Assembly: GCA_001275005.1 (NCBI GenBank) | Contig: JWZX01003396.1 | Location: 1 to 47,108, forward strand | DNA: 47,108 nt | Origin: Chrysochromulina tobinii | Lineage: Eukaryota | Reading direction: 5' to 3' | Part shown: positions 29,444 to 39,593 of the stretch, piece by piece | Position numbering within the stretch: the stretch's first letter is position 1 | Layout: each line of letters opens with the position of its first letter | Notes under the pieces: model-generated | Told to the model about the DNA's origin: nothing | Seen by the model: the letters and a program-made list of their open reading frames with translations, nothing else | Database searches by the model: none | Translations under genes and position numbers: made by a program

Positions 29444-30496
29444 ATGCAGAGCCGCCTAGAGTCCGTCAATGCTCTAGCGTTCGACCCATCGGGCACGCAC
29501 CTCGTCGGTGGCACGGGCCTCGGCCGGCTGCATGTGTGGGTGTTCGACGCGAGCAGCGCCGCCGGGAAAACACCGCCAACACGCAAGTGCTCTGTCCGTG
29601 CTCACGGATGCAGCATCTACGCTCTCGAGCTGAAGCCCACGAGCTCGACCGGCCGTCTGATGCTGCTGAGCGGCGCCGACGAGGAGATCTGTGGCTGGTG
29701 GTGGGACGATGTCCTAGCTGCAGCCGACGGCGGCGCACTGCCCGCACCAGCGTTGCGCCTGGAGAATGCGCGTGTAGCGCTGCGACGTGGCGCTCTCGGA
29801 CAGCTGTCGGAGACGTCAGCGCTCACCGTGGACGCCGCGTCTGCACACCTCTACTCCGCTTCGGGCGACGGTAACGCCTATGTGTGGGACCTCGCTACGC
29901 AGAGCTGCGTTGCCACCTACACTGGCGTCGGTGAGCCACTGCATTGCCTCACACTGTGCAAGCGGCGTGGACAACTCGTTACAGGCGGCGAGGATGGCAC
30001 GGTGCGGCTGTGGGATGTGCGCTCCGCCAAGTGCACACAGGCACTTCTCCCAGACGCGCCGCCTCTCGTGACGTCGGCCACGCCCGTAGGTGGCGGCAGC
30101 GGCGGCGGCTGGTGCGGCTGCGTAGCGACGGACGCCGCAGAGACGTGGCTAGTCGCCGGCTGGAGCGAGGGCTTCTTGTGCTCCATCGATCTGAACACCT
30201 ACGCCGCGGTGGCATGCCTGCCCACGGCCGCGGCGCCGCTCGCGGCGTGCTTCGAGCCTGGCTCCGACTTCCACCTCGTCTCCATTGGGGCTGAGCCGGG
30301 GCTTTACCATTGGCAGCTCACGGGCGAGCTTGAGACACGCGCCACGTGCTCGAGCCCCTCGGCCCTGGGCTTGGCCATCAGCAAACTACCCGGCGGCGGC
30401 GACCCAGTCATCGCCGTTGGTGGCTCTGCGGGTACCGTCGACCTGTTCACAGACACGAGCCATCGCGCCTTCACGCTTCGCGTGCAAGACTCCTGA
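29444..30496 (+). CDS. THOC6: WD40 repeat protein, THO complex subunit 6-like
   Basis: SASGDGNAYVWDL, TGGEDGTVRLWDVR, WCGCVATD..WLVAG. WD40 is certain; THOC6 orthology is judged from motif order only. Confidence 0.7.
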   Translation: MQSRLESVNALAFDPSGTHLVGGTGLGRLHVWVFDASSAAGKTPPTRKCSVRAHGCSIYALELKPTSSTGRLMLLSGADEEICGWWWDDVLAAADGGALPAPALRLENARVALRRGALGQLSETSALTVDAASAHLYSASGDGNAYVWDLATQSCVATYTGVGEPLHCLTLCKRRGQLVTGGEDGTVRLWDVRSAKCTQALLPDAPPLVTSATPVGGGSGGGWCGCVATDAAETWLVAGWSEGFLCSIDLNTYAAVACLPTAAAPLAACFEPGSDFHLVSIGAEPGLYHWQLTGELETRATCSSPSALGLAISKLPGGGDPVIAVGGSAGTVDLFTDTSHRAFTLRVQDS

Positions 30497-30868
30497 CGCC
30501 ACGCCTGTGGACCCTGAAGGTACCTATCAGGCGCGGACACGCACTGCCGACCGGCGAACCCCGGTTGCAGCTTTATTCGTGCATTCGCCATGCCAGGTCT
30601 TCTGAGGCAGGTGCTGGCTGCTTGGCCGTCTATCTTCGAGCTCCTACCTCCTTCGAGAACAGCAGAACACACACACCACACACTGTGTCGGTCGATGTGT
30701 GTGTTCGTTGCGTTGTTGCGATACTGACCGGTTCCGACCTTGGTTCCGACTTCCATTAAACATGAAACGTCGCACCGGGAAACCGCGTCTCGGCGTCTGT
30801 ATGTCTTACCGGTAAGTACCGGTGCCTTTTACCGGTAATTACGGATCGACCTGGCTCCCAATCCATCC

Positions 30869-32443
30869 ATGGCTCCGGTGGATGGGCTACGTCATGGGCT
30901 GCGAGCAGCAACGGCGGCATCCGTGCGACCTGTGGCGGCGCCGACGGCCGCGACGGTGGCTGTGGCGCGGCCAACGACGGCGGCTGGAAGGCAGGCGGCA
31001 GCCGTTCGACCTGCGGTGGCGGCAACAGCAGCAGCAACTACGACAGCTGAGGCGCGCCCGCAACCCGTTGCCACTGCTCCTACTAAAGGCGGCCCGCAGC
31101 CCGTTGTCGCTGCTGCCAAAAGTGGGTCTCAGCTCGCTGCCACTGCTAAAGGCGGCCAGCAGACCGTTGCCACTGTTGCTAAAGGAGGCACGCAACCCGC
31201 TCCCACTGCTGCTAAAGGTGGCCCGCAGACCACTGCTACTAAAGGCGGCCCGCAGCCCGTCGCTACTGCTGCTGCTAAAGGCGGCCCGCAGCCCGTTGCC
31301 CCCACAGCTGCTGCTAAAGGCGGGCCGGAGCCCGTCACAACTGCTGCTAAAGGCGGCCCACATCCTGTTGCCACTGGTGCTGCTAAAGGCGGCCCGCAAG
31401 CCGTTGGCATTGCTGCTAAAGGCGGCCAAAAGGCTGTCGAAAGTCTCGGCCCGCTAGATATCTGGACGCTCCGAGATCACATGGCAGCCAATCAAAAGGT
31501 AGCCAAGGGAGGCAAGCGCATCATCGACATCTTCAGGGAAATCGACACCGACCGGTCTGGCGAGCTGAGCCGGGACGAATTTTCGATCGTTCTCAAGAAA
31601 TATGGCTTCATTAGCGCCACGGACGGTGAGATTTCTGCCATTGTGAAGCTGGTTGATACTGACGGCTCTGGAAGCGTAAAGTTCTCTGAGCTCGAAAGGC
31701 TGATCAAGGGGCTTGGGCCGAGGCCTCCGCCGGTTGAGCTTGAAGTTCTTCCTCCACCACCGCCACCCAAGCCGTTACGTGATCGCTTTCCGAAGGCGAT
31801 CGACCCGGATGCCGCGTTTGCGCAGCCCACACACGTCCAGCTGTCTGCGCTCGCAGTCAATTATTGGAAGCGCCGGGAGCACGCGGGCAGCCGAGCATCG
31901 AGCCCGCGCGACTTGGCACATCATCAAGGCTCCGAGGGCGAAAGTGCGGTGAGCAGCCTTGGCTTGGTGCGTTCGAGGCTCGGTGTGGTGCGTGCGAACC
32001 GTTCCTCATCGACGACGGCAGAGGAGCTGGCCTTGTTGTTGCGTGGCGGTGAGTCGCACGCGGGCCACACATCACAGTTCAGCAGAGAGCGATTCGTCTT
32101 CAAGCCGAGCGTCGCGCAAGGATCATTTTCGCCGCAGCGCGCGCGGGACATCATGATGACGGCTGGTCACGTGGGCAGCTTCAGTCGTTCAAGTCGTGGC
32201 CGTGAGGTACGTCCACGATCAACATCCCCATCGACAACTGCCAGCGGGGCCCAATCTGCTCGCAGTACGAGTGCAAGTCCTCCCCGTCTTCTCGCCAACG
32301 ATCATCTTCGGGACGTTGGACCTGATCTTGCGCAGCTTAGCGTGTGGAAGGCTGCGCGCGCCAGATCGAAGCCGCTGGCATTGCGGCACATGCAGGAGCG
32401 ACTGGTGCAGCGATATGCACTCGCTGCGCGCACAGAAACGTGA
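30869..32443 (+). CDS. EF-hand pair protein with an N-terminal AAKGGPQPVAT repeat array
   Basis: DTDRSGELSRDEF and DTDGSGSVKFSEL EF loops; about 12 KGG repeats; Ser/Arg-rich tail. Confidence 0.85.
   Translation: MAPVDGLRHGLRAATAASVRPVAAPTAATVAVARPTTAAGRQAAAVRPAVAATAAATTTAEARPQPVATAPTKGGPQPVVAAAKSGSQLAATAKGGQQTVATVAKGGTQPAPTAAKGGPQTTATKGGPQPVATAAAKGGPQPVAPTAAAKGGPEPVTTAAKGGPHPVATGAAKGGPQAVGIAAKGGQKAVESLGPLDIWTLRDHMAANQKVAKGGKRIIDIFREIDTDRSGELSRDEFSIVLKKYGFISATDGEISAIVKLVDTDGSGSVKFSELERLIKGLGPRPPPVELEVLPPPPPPKPLRDRFPKAIDPDAAFAQPTHVQLSALAVNYWKRREHAGSRASSPRDLAHHQGSEGESAVSSLGLVRSRLGVVRANRSSSTTAEELALLLRGGESHAGHTSQFSRERFVFKPSVAQGSFSPQRARDIMMTAGHVGSFSRSSRGREVRPRSTSPSTTASGAQSARSTSASPPRLLANDHLRDVGPDLAQLSVWKAARARSKPLALRHMQERLVQRYALAARTET
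31060..31435 (+). repeat. Coding minisatellite, ~33-bp unit (gctgctaaaggcggcccgcagcccgttgccact), about 11 degenerate copies
   Basis: Recurrent gctaaaggcggccc core. Confidence 0.9.
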
Positions 32444-32676
32444 ACACAATCGAACAGATCGACCGAGATAGGCAGTTGTACCCGGTAAAAAGACACCCGG
32501 GGGAGCCGGGACACACACAGTTGTACCCGGTACGAGGGGTGTTTGTCCAAGAACATTCAAACTGTGCGTTTCGTCACAAAGACTCTTCATCAGGGACCAC
32601 CGCGAGTCTTCGCGTGTGCGCTCCGTGTGCGCGTCGGTCGGCGCCAACACACACACAGAAAGGACACTCCTTGTAT

Positions 32677-33429
32677 ATGTCGGTGGGCTATCTGTGGGAG
32701 CGCATTTGCTGGCTGAGCTTCATCGCGCCGCTCTTCGTCACTGCTCTCCGCAATCCTGGGTATTACGGCCATCTCACGTACTGGACGCTCGCGTTGCACT
32801 CCGTTTACTTTACCATCGACAAAGAATCACCACAGGCGAGCACGGCCACCTACCTGCTTCAGGGCGCCTCATTTGTCGGTGCGATGGCGGTGTTCATGGG
32901 CTACACGTTCATCTCGGTCGGTGGCATGTATCGCTTTGGCACATGGATCGAATGGGAGAATGCGGTCGGCAAGGCAGCTGGCACGGTGACGCACGACCGT
33001 TCGTTCGCCGAGTGCGCTTTTTTCAAGTCTTATGAGCACCTGTGGCCCGTGTTCGCCCTGGTGCTGGACACCTACTTCAGCCGCGATGCGCTCAAAAAGA
33101 CATACGCTGGCAAACCGCCCCTGCGCACGATGCTACTCGGGCTCGGGTTGTATCTTGGGTACGGGACTGCGTGGGAGCAGTACTCGAAGGCAACCAAGGG
33201 CGCGGCGGGCACAGCTCTCGAGGTGTACCAGCAGCCCGAAGAGTTTCGCTCGTCCTACGTGCTCGGGAAACTCGGGCTAAGCGCGCTGAGCGCGGATGTG
33301 CCCGAGGAGGCCGTCTTCGTCAACGCGCAAAAGGTGATGCTCATCAGTTTTGCCGCCATCATGTACCGCATCTATGTGAGTCCTCTCATTCAGCCGGTCG
33401 CCACTACGGCAGCGAAGAAGAAGAATTGA
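32677..33429 (+). CDS. Multi-pass membrane protein, FAR-17a/AIG1-like, with a C-terminal di-lysine ER signal
   Basis: GHLTYWT (Thr) and EHLWPV..LD (His) positioned as in the AIG1 family; several TM helices; ends KKKN*. Confidence 0.65.
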   Translation: MSVGYLWERICWLSFIAPLFVTALRNPGYYGHLTYWTLALHSVYFTIDKESPQASTATYLLQGASFVGAMAVFMGYTFISVGGMYRFGTWIEWENAVGKAAGTVTHDRSFAECAFFKSYEHLWPVFALVLDTYFSRDALKKTYAGKPPLRTMLLGLGLYLGYGTAWEQYSKATKGAAGTALEVYQQPEEFRSSYVLGKLGLSALSADVPEEAVFVNAQKVMLISFAAIMYRIYVSPLIQPVATTAAKKKN

Positions 33430-33573
33430 GCTTGAGGGCTGCTGCAATGCAGTTGGTTTGGGATCACGCGGTGGCATTGCTGATAACTTTGATCACATGC
33501 ACAATGCAGAACTGCGTCGGTTCGGTTACTTTTTCGGTGGCTGCTGCAAAATTGAATGGTTGGTGCGACCGAC

Positions 33574-33665
33574 GGGATGTTCGGGATTCTTCGGGATAGA
33601 CCCTCTCCATTGCCATCCATAGTCTAAGAACATGGATGTTCGGGATGTTCGGGGTAGACCCTCTC
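33574..33665. repeat. Imperfect direct repeat (ggatgttcgggat...tagaccctctc) x2
   Basis: Two copies ~60 bp apart, downstream of the AIG1-like gene. Confidence 0.8.
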
Positions 33666-33954
33666 ACTGACAAACAAGGAAGTGTGTGGGCATGCCATCA
33701 TCGCGCATCGGTCGTGTGAGACAGTGCGTTGCGAGTTTGTATGAGGGACATGAAGAAGTTTGGCCTGCATCGTGCAAGTATGCGAGAGAGGCACAGGCAT
33801 GGGCACAGACCGCATCTGTGTGTGTATACAGCGGCGGCGTGCTGCGCGGGCCGGTGCCAGCATGGACCCGGGAGTGGGTGCCGGGTGCCGGTTTGCAGTG
33901 CCGGGTGGGAATGTGAAGACACAGTCGACTCGCCTTTTGCCGCCGTGCACGGCG

Positions 33955-34884
33955 ATGCGGTTCGGTCTCGACGACGACGAGGACAAGGGCCCTTTTGAGT
34001 ACCCAGCCGAGGCGGACGCGAAGAAGGCCGCCGCCAAGAAGGCCGGGGGCGGCTCAAAGACGGTAGGCATGAAGCCGACCAAGCAGACGAGCATGATCGG
34101 TCTCGATGACGACGACCACGACAAGGACCCATTTGAGTACCAAGCCGAGGCCGACGCGAAGAAGGCCGCCGCCAAGAAGGCCGGGGGCGGCTCAAAGACG
34201 GTAGGCAAGAAGCCGACGAAGCAGACGAGCATGAACGCTTTCGTTGGCAAGAAGAAGGCGGCTGCAGTGGAGGAGGAGGAGGAGGAGGACGATGACGACG
34301 AGGCGCTTCTTGGCGGAGGCTTCAAGAAGCCACCTCCCTCCAAGGGCCCAAAGATCACAAGCGCCTTTGCCGAGAACTCTGAGTCAAAGCAGAAGGTTGA
34401 CCGGCGCGTGGTGCCCAACGCACGGCTGCCAAAGTCGCTGGCAGATCAGTTGCCAGATGACTGGACCGCGCGACAGTACTCGTACGATAAGGAGAAGAAT
34501 CTTGTTTGGATCTTCTCACACCCCATCCACGGCGAGTACCGATCGGTTGAACTCATGAAAAAGAAGCTGGAGAAGCTCGGGAAGTTGGCGGCTACAGAGG
34601 CCGGCAGCAGCAGCAGCACCGACTGCAGCAGCAAGCGCCGGCCGAGCGGCGGCGTTTCGGCCGAGGACGGCGACGGCGAGGAGAACGCGGCGCAGGAAGA
34701 GTCGAGCCGACGCACCAGCCTCGGTGGCGGCAGCGACGACCTGGCGGCGCTCCTCGGCAATAAGCGGAAGCGCGAGGAGGAGGAGCAACATATGGAGGAG
34801 CGTGTGCGCGAGGAACTCGAGCAGCAGATGGACACAGGCATCCGCGTCAACCCGCTCCTCGCCAAATTGTACTGCGGGCGCTGA
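33955..34884 (+). CDS. Charged nuclear-type protein with a 46-aa tandem duplication, a PIP-box-like motif and an MBD-like domain
   Basis: 138-bp duplication (33955/34093); KQTSMNAFV; LPDDW...IFSHP.HGEYRS; start uncertain (ORF is open from 33760). Confidence 0.7.
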   Translation: MRFGLDDDEDKGPFEYPAEADAKKAAAKKAGGGSKTVGMKPTKQTSMIGLDDDDHDKDPFEYQAEADAKKAAAKKAGGGSKTVGKKPTKQTSMNAFVGKKKAAAVEEEEEEDDDDEALLGGGFKKPPPSKGPKITSAFAENSESKQKVDRRVVPNARLPKSLADQLPDDWTARQYSYDKEKNLVWIFSHPIHGEYRSVELMKKKLEKLGKLAATEAGSSSSTDCSSKRRPSGGVSAEDGDGEENAAQEESSRRTSLGGGSDDLAALLGNKRKREEEEQHMEERVREELEQQMDTGIRVNPLLAKLYCGR

Positions 34885-35241
34885 ACGCGCCGCCGTGCGC
34901 CATCGCGTGCGCGCGACATCGAGGTGAGCGGTAGGTGAGCGGCCAAAACCAGGCCAACACGGAGCGCGGGGGCGAGTGCCGATGGAGTCAGATGAAGTCT
35001 ACTGTTGACCGCCGCCCATGACACGGGACCTGTACTTCCGTTCCTATGTGCGTTGGAAAAGTCGCAGTTTCATGCGTCGGTGCGATAGATCTGGGTTGCT
35101 GCGCCGAAATCTCTCATCTGTGCACTGCTGACTGCAGGGTCATTTACGACCGCACTCAGGAACCTTTAGGAACCGCGACCGGGCTAACGGCATGCTTCTT
35201 GCTTGGCTAACGTGTAACGATTCTTATAGTCCGGGATAGTA

Positions 35242-35281
35242 AGACGAAAAAGCTAACGAGACGAAAAAGCTAACGGTTAGC
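35242..35281. repeat. 17-bp tandem duplication ending in a 13-bp palindrome
   Basis: AGACGAAAAAGCTAACG x2; GCTAACGGTTAGC at 35269-35281. Confidence 0.9.
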
Positions 35282-35890
35282 CGACGTGTCGTCCGGCATT
35301 AAGTCCGGCAATGCGAGGCGGTCTCGTCGGCTCCGCGCCATAGCGCGCCAATCTGCCAATGCTCTGGCGAACGGCTCTACCGTAGTGGTGTACGCGATCT
35401 TAAAGGAACACTCCCCTGCCCGAAACCAACTCCCATGGAAAACACACGAAAAAACTTAAAAAAATCCAAAAACTCTCGTCCTCGGCGTCTCGTTTCACAG
35501 GGAAACACCTTCCATAAAAACAAAAAAAATAAATCTGCGATTCGGGCCGGCCCGAATCGCTGCAGGAACGACGTCCCGTTCGTTTCGGAAATCGGATTCT
35601 TCCTTTAAAAGACGACAGGCCGAGGTCGGAGGTGCGAGGACCTGTGGACCTCGCGCCTCCTCGCGCGGCGAGGAGACGAGCCGATAAGCGAGATGCTGAG
35701 CGCGAGAATACAACCCGCTGCGCGCGCGCGCGCGTGGGGTTGCGAGAAAATGGCTGCGTTTCTTCTAAACCCGGTTCGGCCTGTGAAGGATCTTCCGCTT
35801 GAGAAGTCAGCCAGAATCAAGGAGATTCCACCCCCCCCGCCCGAGGCCCGCTTCTCGGTAGCCGACGCGAGGGCGATCTCGGACAACGAC

Positions 35891-37225
35891 ATGATGCTGC
35901 TCTTGGCATGGGCAGGCTGCGCCACGACAATTGTCGCACCGCGGCCGATCATTCCGACCGTTCAGAAAATATCGGTCGCCACTGCTAGCAATCGAGGCGA
36001 TCAGCAAGCCGATGATCGAGCTCCGCTGCTAGCAATCGAGGGTCCCACGTTCAGCAAACCGCTTTCAGCGCCGGATGCTGTGCCTGAGCTGGGTCAGCAG
36101 CGCGCCATCGAGCTGATGCGATCAGGCGCGCTCTTCCGCTACACGCCCGGCGTGCTCTCTGAGGCAGCCCTCGCCGAGCAGGCGATGGCGGACTACACGG
36201 GCTTCAGGTACGCCGTCGGCTTTAACAGCTGTGGCTCTGCGCTCTTCATTGCCCTCAAGTGTTGCGGCATACAGCCCGGGGACAAGGTGCTCTGCAATGC
36301 ATTTTCATTCACTGCCGTGCCCTCTGCCGTTCACCACGCGTTGGCCACGCCGGTGTACGTCGACTGTACGGATGCATTCGTGATGGATATGGACGATCTC
36401 GAGAGGAAGATTGAGCCCGACATCAAGTTCGTGTTGCTCACGCACATGCGTGGCAAGGTGGCCAACATGCAGCGCGTGTATGCGATCGCGGCGAAGCACG
36501 GCATCACCGTCATTGAGGACTGCGCACACGCGCTTGGGGTCCAGTACGACGGCGTGCAGCTAGGTCGCTCGTCGCGTGTCGCATGCTTCTCAACTCAGCA
36601 AGCGAAGGCGATCAACTCGGGCGAGGGCGGTTTCCTGATGACGGACGACGACGAGATCGCAGCCAAGGCGATGTGCTACGCGGGTTGCTACGAGGACCTC
36701 GTCGCGCAGCACGTGAACGCGCCGCCTACGGCGATCTTCGACGCGGTGAAGAAGGAGATACCAAACTACTCTCTTCGCATGTCGGACCTGACCGCCTGCT
36801 GCATCCGGCCGCAGATCGACACGCTCGAGGCGCGCATCGAGATGTACAACAGGCGGTACGAGATGATCTGCAAGCAGCTCGCCCACTGCGAGCACCTCCA
36901 CATCCCCGCCATCGATGCGCGTGTTCGGCCGGTAAGCGATTCGCTGCAGATCAACCTGCGCGGCATGAGCGGCGAGCAGGTGCACGCCTTCCTCGGGCAC
37001 ACAAAGCGGCGCGGCATGCCGGTCGGGCTGTTCGGCTCAGCGGATAACGCTCGCAATTTCCATAATTGGAAGTACTCGCCAATGGCCACCGGCGTCGAAC
37101 AGACTGAGGCTATGATCAAGGCGGCGATCGACGTACGCCTCCCCTTGAGCTTCGCCGACGAGGACATTACCCAGATCGGCGCTGTCCTCCTCGCGGCGGT
37201 GGACGATACGTTGAGTCACCACTGA
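35891..37225 (+). CDS. DegT/DnrJ/EryC1/StrS-family PLP-dependent aminotransferase with an N-terminal targeting extension
   Basis: NSCGSALFIAL, GIQPGDKV, VIEDCAHALG, FSTQQAKAINSGEGG (PLP lysine); hydrophobic start MMLLLAWAG at 35891; intronless. Confidence 0.92.
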   Translation: MMLLLAWAGCATTIVAPRPIIPTVQKISVATASNRGDQQADDRAPLLAIEGPTFSKPLSAPDAVPELGQQRAIELMRSGALFRYTPGVLSEAALAEQAMADYTGFRYAVGFNSCGSALFIALKCCGIQPGDKVLCNAFSFTAVPSAVHHALATPVYVDCTDAFVMDMDDLERKIEPDIKFVLLTHMRGKVANMQRVYAIAAKHGITVIEDCAHALGVQYDGVQLGRSSRVACFSTQQAKAINSGEGGFLMTDDDEIAAKAMCYAGCYEDLVAQHVNAPPTAIFDAVKKEIPNYSLRMSDLTACCIRPQIDTLEARIEMYNRRYEMICKQLAHCEHLHIPAIDARVRPVSDSLQINLRGMSGEQVHAFLGHTKRRGMPVGLFGSADNARNFHNWKYSPMATGVEQTEAMIKAAIDVRLPLSFADEDITQIGAVLLAAVDDTLSHH

Positions 37226-38015
37226 GCGGGGAGCAGGGCGCCCCTCGCCCCTCGCCAATCGCCACGCGGAGCGGAAGGCGGCAGCGGATCGGTGCTGTCG
37301 GCTTGGCTCGGCGTGAGCCACGCGAGGGCGGGGATTCTCAGGTGCGCTCAGCCTGACCACCTCATGGGTGCGTCATCCAAGGCTGCCGAGGTCCGGTGGT
37401 CGAATTCTTTGCACGCACTATGGCGCAAGATCGCGAGAGAAACATACGGTATTTCAACGAGTACGGCATGAACTGCATGTTGGCCAGGCATGTGTACACG
37501 AATCGCATAATTTTCCGAGCGCGACCCCGGAGAGGAGCCGGTGGCTGCGACCAAATAAATATGCTTGCACTAACGGTAACGGATCGGTATGACGTTCGCT
37601 TGAAGACGGGTTTTGGGCTTAAAATTCCGAAATTGCGACGATAGCCCGGGGCGCCCGGTCCCGCGTTCCCGCGGGACCGCTTTGCGCGTTATATTCCGGG
37701 CACGTGAGTCACCGGTCAGCGCCGTCCGTGCTGTGCGATGGCCTCGAGTCGCGAGACCGCCTCGATGAACCGTGCGTCGGGCGATCCCGCGCCTCGGCGC
37801 GCCGTCGCGCGCGGAAGCCGCGCGCCGGACTACCAAGCCGGTCAGGGCGGCGCGGCTCGAGGGACGCAAACACCCGTGACCGTCCGCCGTGGCCTCCCAC
37901 GCCACGATCCTATACGATGCCACGACCCCAGGTCGAGAGTACAACTTCACACAGCTCCACTCACGTCTGTGATGGGACGATGGATGTGCCGGCTGGGGGT
38001 TCACACCAGCTTGGT

Positions 38016-39269
38016 TCACACCAGCTTGCGCCATCCGCCGGCGCCACTCGTCTCCCCTCGTCCCATGGACCGCATGTCGTCTCCGCCTCTGACCGTCCTC
38101 CGCAGCATCGAGCGCGCGCACCAGCCGAGCCGCTGCGAGGCCGCAGAGTAATGAGCTGCGATGAGGATCAGAGCAAGGGCCATTGGCCGAACACGTCGCA
38201 TGGGCCAGAGCGCGAGCCGCACGGACACGAGGTAGGCGTCCGCTCGGCACGCCCGCCACGGCGCCCGCCATGGCTCCGTCCACCTGGCTCGCCAGCTGGA
38301 GAAGAGCCAGGGCACGCCCAAGACAACGGGCGTGGGCCGCCATCGCATCCACCACCGCCACCGACTGGTCCGTCCGCCATCGCCGCCAGCCGAGCTGCCG
38401 CCACTGCCCCTCGCGCTCGCTGGGGCGGCTGCGAGCGTGGGCCCAACTCCACTCCACTCCTCATCCGCGTACAAGGTGGTCGTCAGATCGATCGTTAGGG
38501 TCGTCAGGTCAGCCTTGGCCTGCTCGATCCAGCGCCAGAGCACGTCGCTCGCGGAGAGTGCCTCGCGCCCTCGCGTGGGGACACCCCATGCGCGCGAGGG
38601 TGCAATGCGGTCGTGTACTTCGAGGAGAGCCTGCAGCCATTTCTCGATAAGCGCAGCACGCGTCGCTTCGAAGCTCTCGCGCGTGCGCAGCCGTCGCAAC
38701 CTCTGGTTGGCCACCCACTGCAGGTAGAGGATGCCCGAACCGAGCGAGCGCCGGCCCACCGACGGCAGCAGGCTCGGCCGCTCGGCGATCGCCTCGACCA
38801 GGCGCTGGCGCAAAGCGGGCCGCAATGCGATGAGTGCCATAGCCAGGTGGCTGCGCTGTGTGGTGAGCCTATTCATCAAGTGGCTGCGCTGCCGGTCGAG
38901 CTCCGCGTAACCCATGGGAGAGACGGCGCGCAGCAGCGTGCAGTTTGTCGCCCGCTCCACGAGGTTCAGAGACGTGCGGTCCATATTGTATTTGAGTGTC
39001 CACTCCAGCAACGGCCAGCGCTTCTCGAAGGAGGATTGCGCCAGCTCCCACGCAGCGATCGGGTGACGCCGCTGCAGCGAATCTGCAACGAGCTCAAAAT
39101 CGAGCTGCACGAGCTCAATAATGGTGTCCCGCGCCTCATCCGAAATCCCGCGAGATACCAGAACGGGACGGGCCTGCTGGTGTGCCGGTGCCGGCGGGCG
39201 GGCCACGGATGTATGGAAGGTGAATGCGGGTTCGAGCAACCACCACGTCATCATCAGGCGCAACCTCAT
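38016..39269 (-). CDS. Hypothetical helical protein with a signal-peptide/plastid-transit-like N-terminus
   Basis: MRLRLMMTWWLLEPAFTF start, long ORF, Trp-rich C-terminal region; 3' end uncertain. Confidence 0.55.
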   Translation of the reverse strand: MRLRLMMTWWLLEPAFTFHTSVARPPAPAHQQARPVLVSRGISDEARDTIIELVQLDFELVADSLQRRHPIAAWELAQSSFEKRWPLLEWTLKYNMDRTSLNLVERATNCTLLRAVSPMGYAELDRQRSHLMNRLTTQRSHLAMALIALRPALRQRLVEAIAERPSLLPSVGRRSLGSGILYLQWVANQRLRRLRTRESFEATRAALIEKWLQALLEVHDRIAPSRAWGVPTRGREALSASDVLWRWIEQAKADLTTLTIDLTTTLYADEEWSGVGPTLAAAPASARGSGGSSAGGDGGRTSRWRWWMRWRPTPVVLGVPWLFSSWRARWTEPWRAPWRACRADAYLVSVRLALWPMRRVRPMALALILIAAHYSAASQRLGWCARSMLRRTVRGGDDMRSMGRGETSGAGGWRKLV

Positions 39270-39532
39270 GAAGGCGTGCCTTGATCCGCGGCCGCTTGGC
39301 CCGGTCTGCAGACCGGTCGATGACGAGCGATCAGGAGCTCGGGATTGCGCGAAGTTGAATGGACGAAATCCGAAACTGTTTAACACGGCGCTTCTTCACT
39401 TCTGAGTCTTCTGAACGGCCGAACCCGTCATCAGTCGAGCCGCCCATTTACCGCCCAGGTTGCACGTAATAAGCCGCGCGTGCCCCAAATGCTTCACGCC
39501 CGGCGACGCCGAGCGGCGAGCCGAGAGCGCCT

Positions 39533-39593
39533 CCCAGCACAAGCAAGCAAGCAAGCAACGAGCAAGCAAGCAAGCTTGCTTGCTTCCCAGCAC
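39533..39593. repeat. (AAGC)n foldback flanked by an 8-bp direct repeat
   Basis: CCCAGCAC - AAGCAAGC...GCTTGCTT - CCCAGCAC; perfect 22-bp palindrome at 39564-39585. Confidence 0.85.

Noticed and set aside
29283..29460. Two short ATGGACTTCA-initiated ORFs upstream of THOC6
   Set aside because: Could be uORFs, but the transcript start is unknown and the 10-bp match may be chance
37396..37644. 82-aa ORF in an AT-richer spacer
   Set aside because: Short, no recognisable motif and no other support
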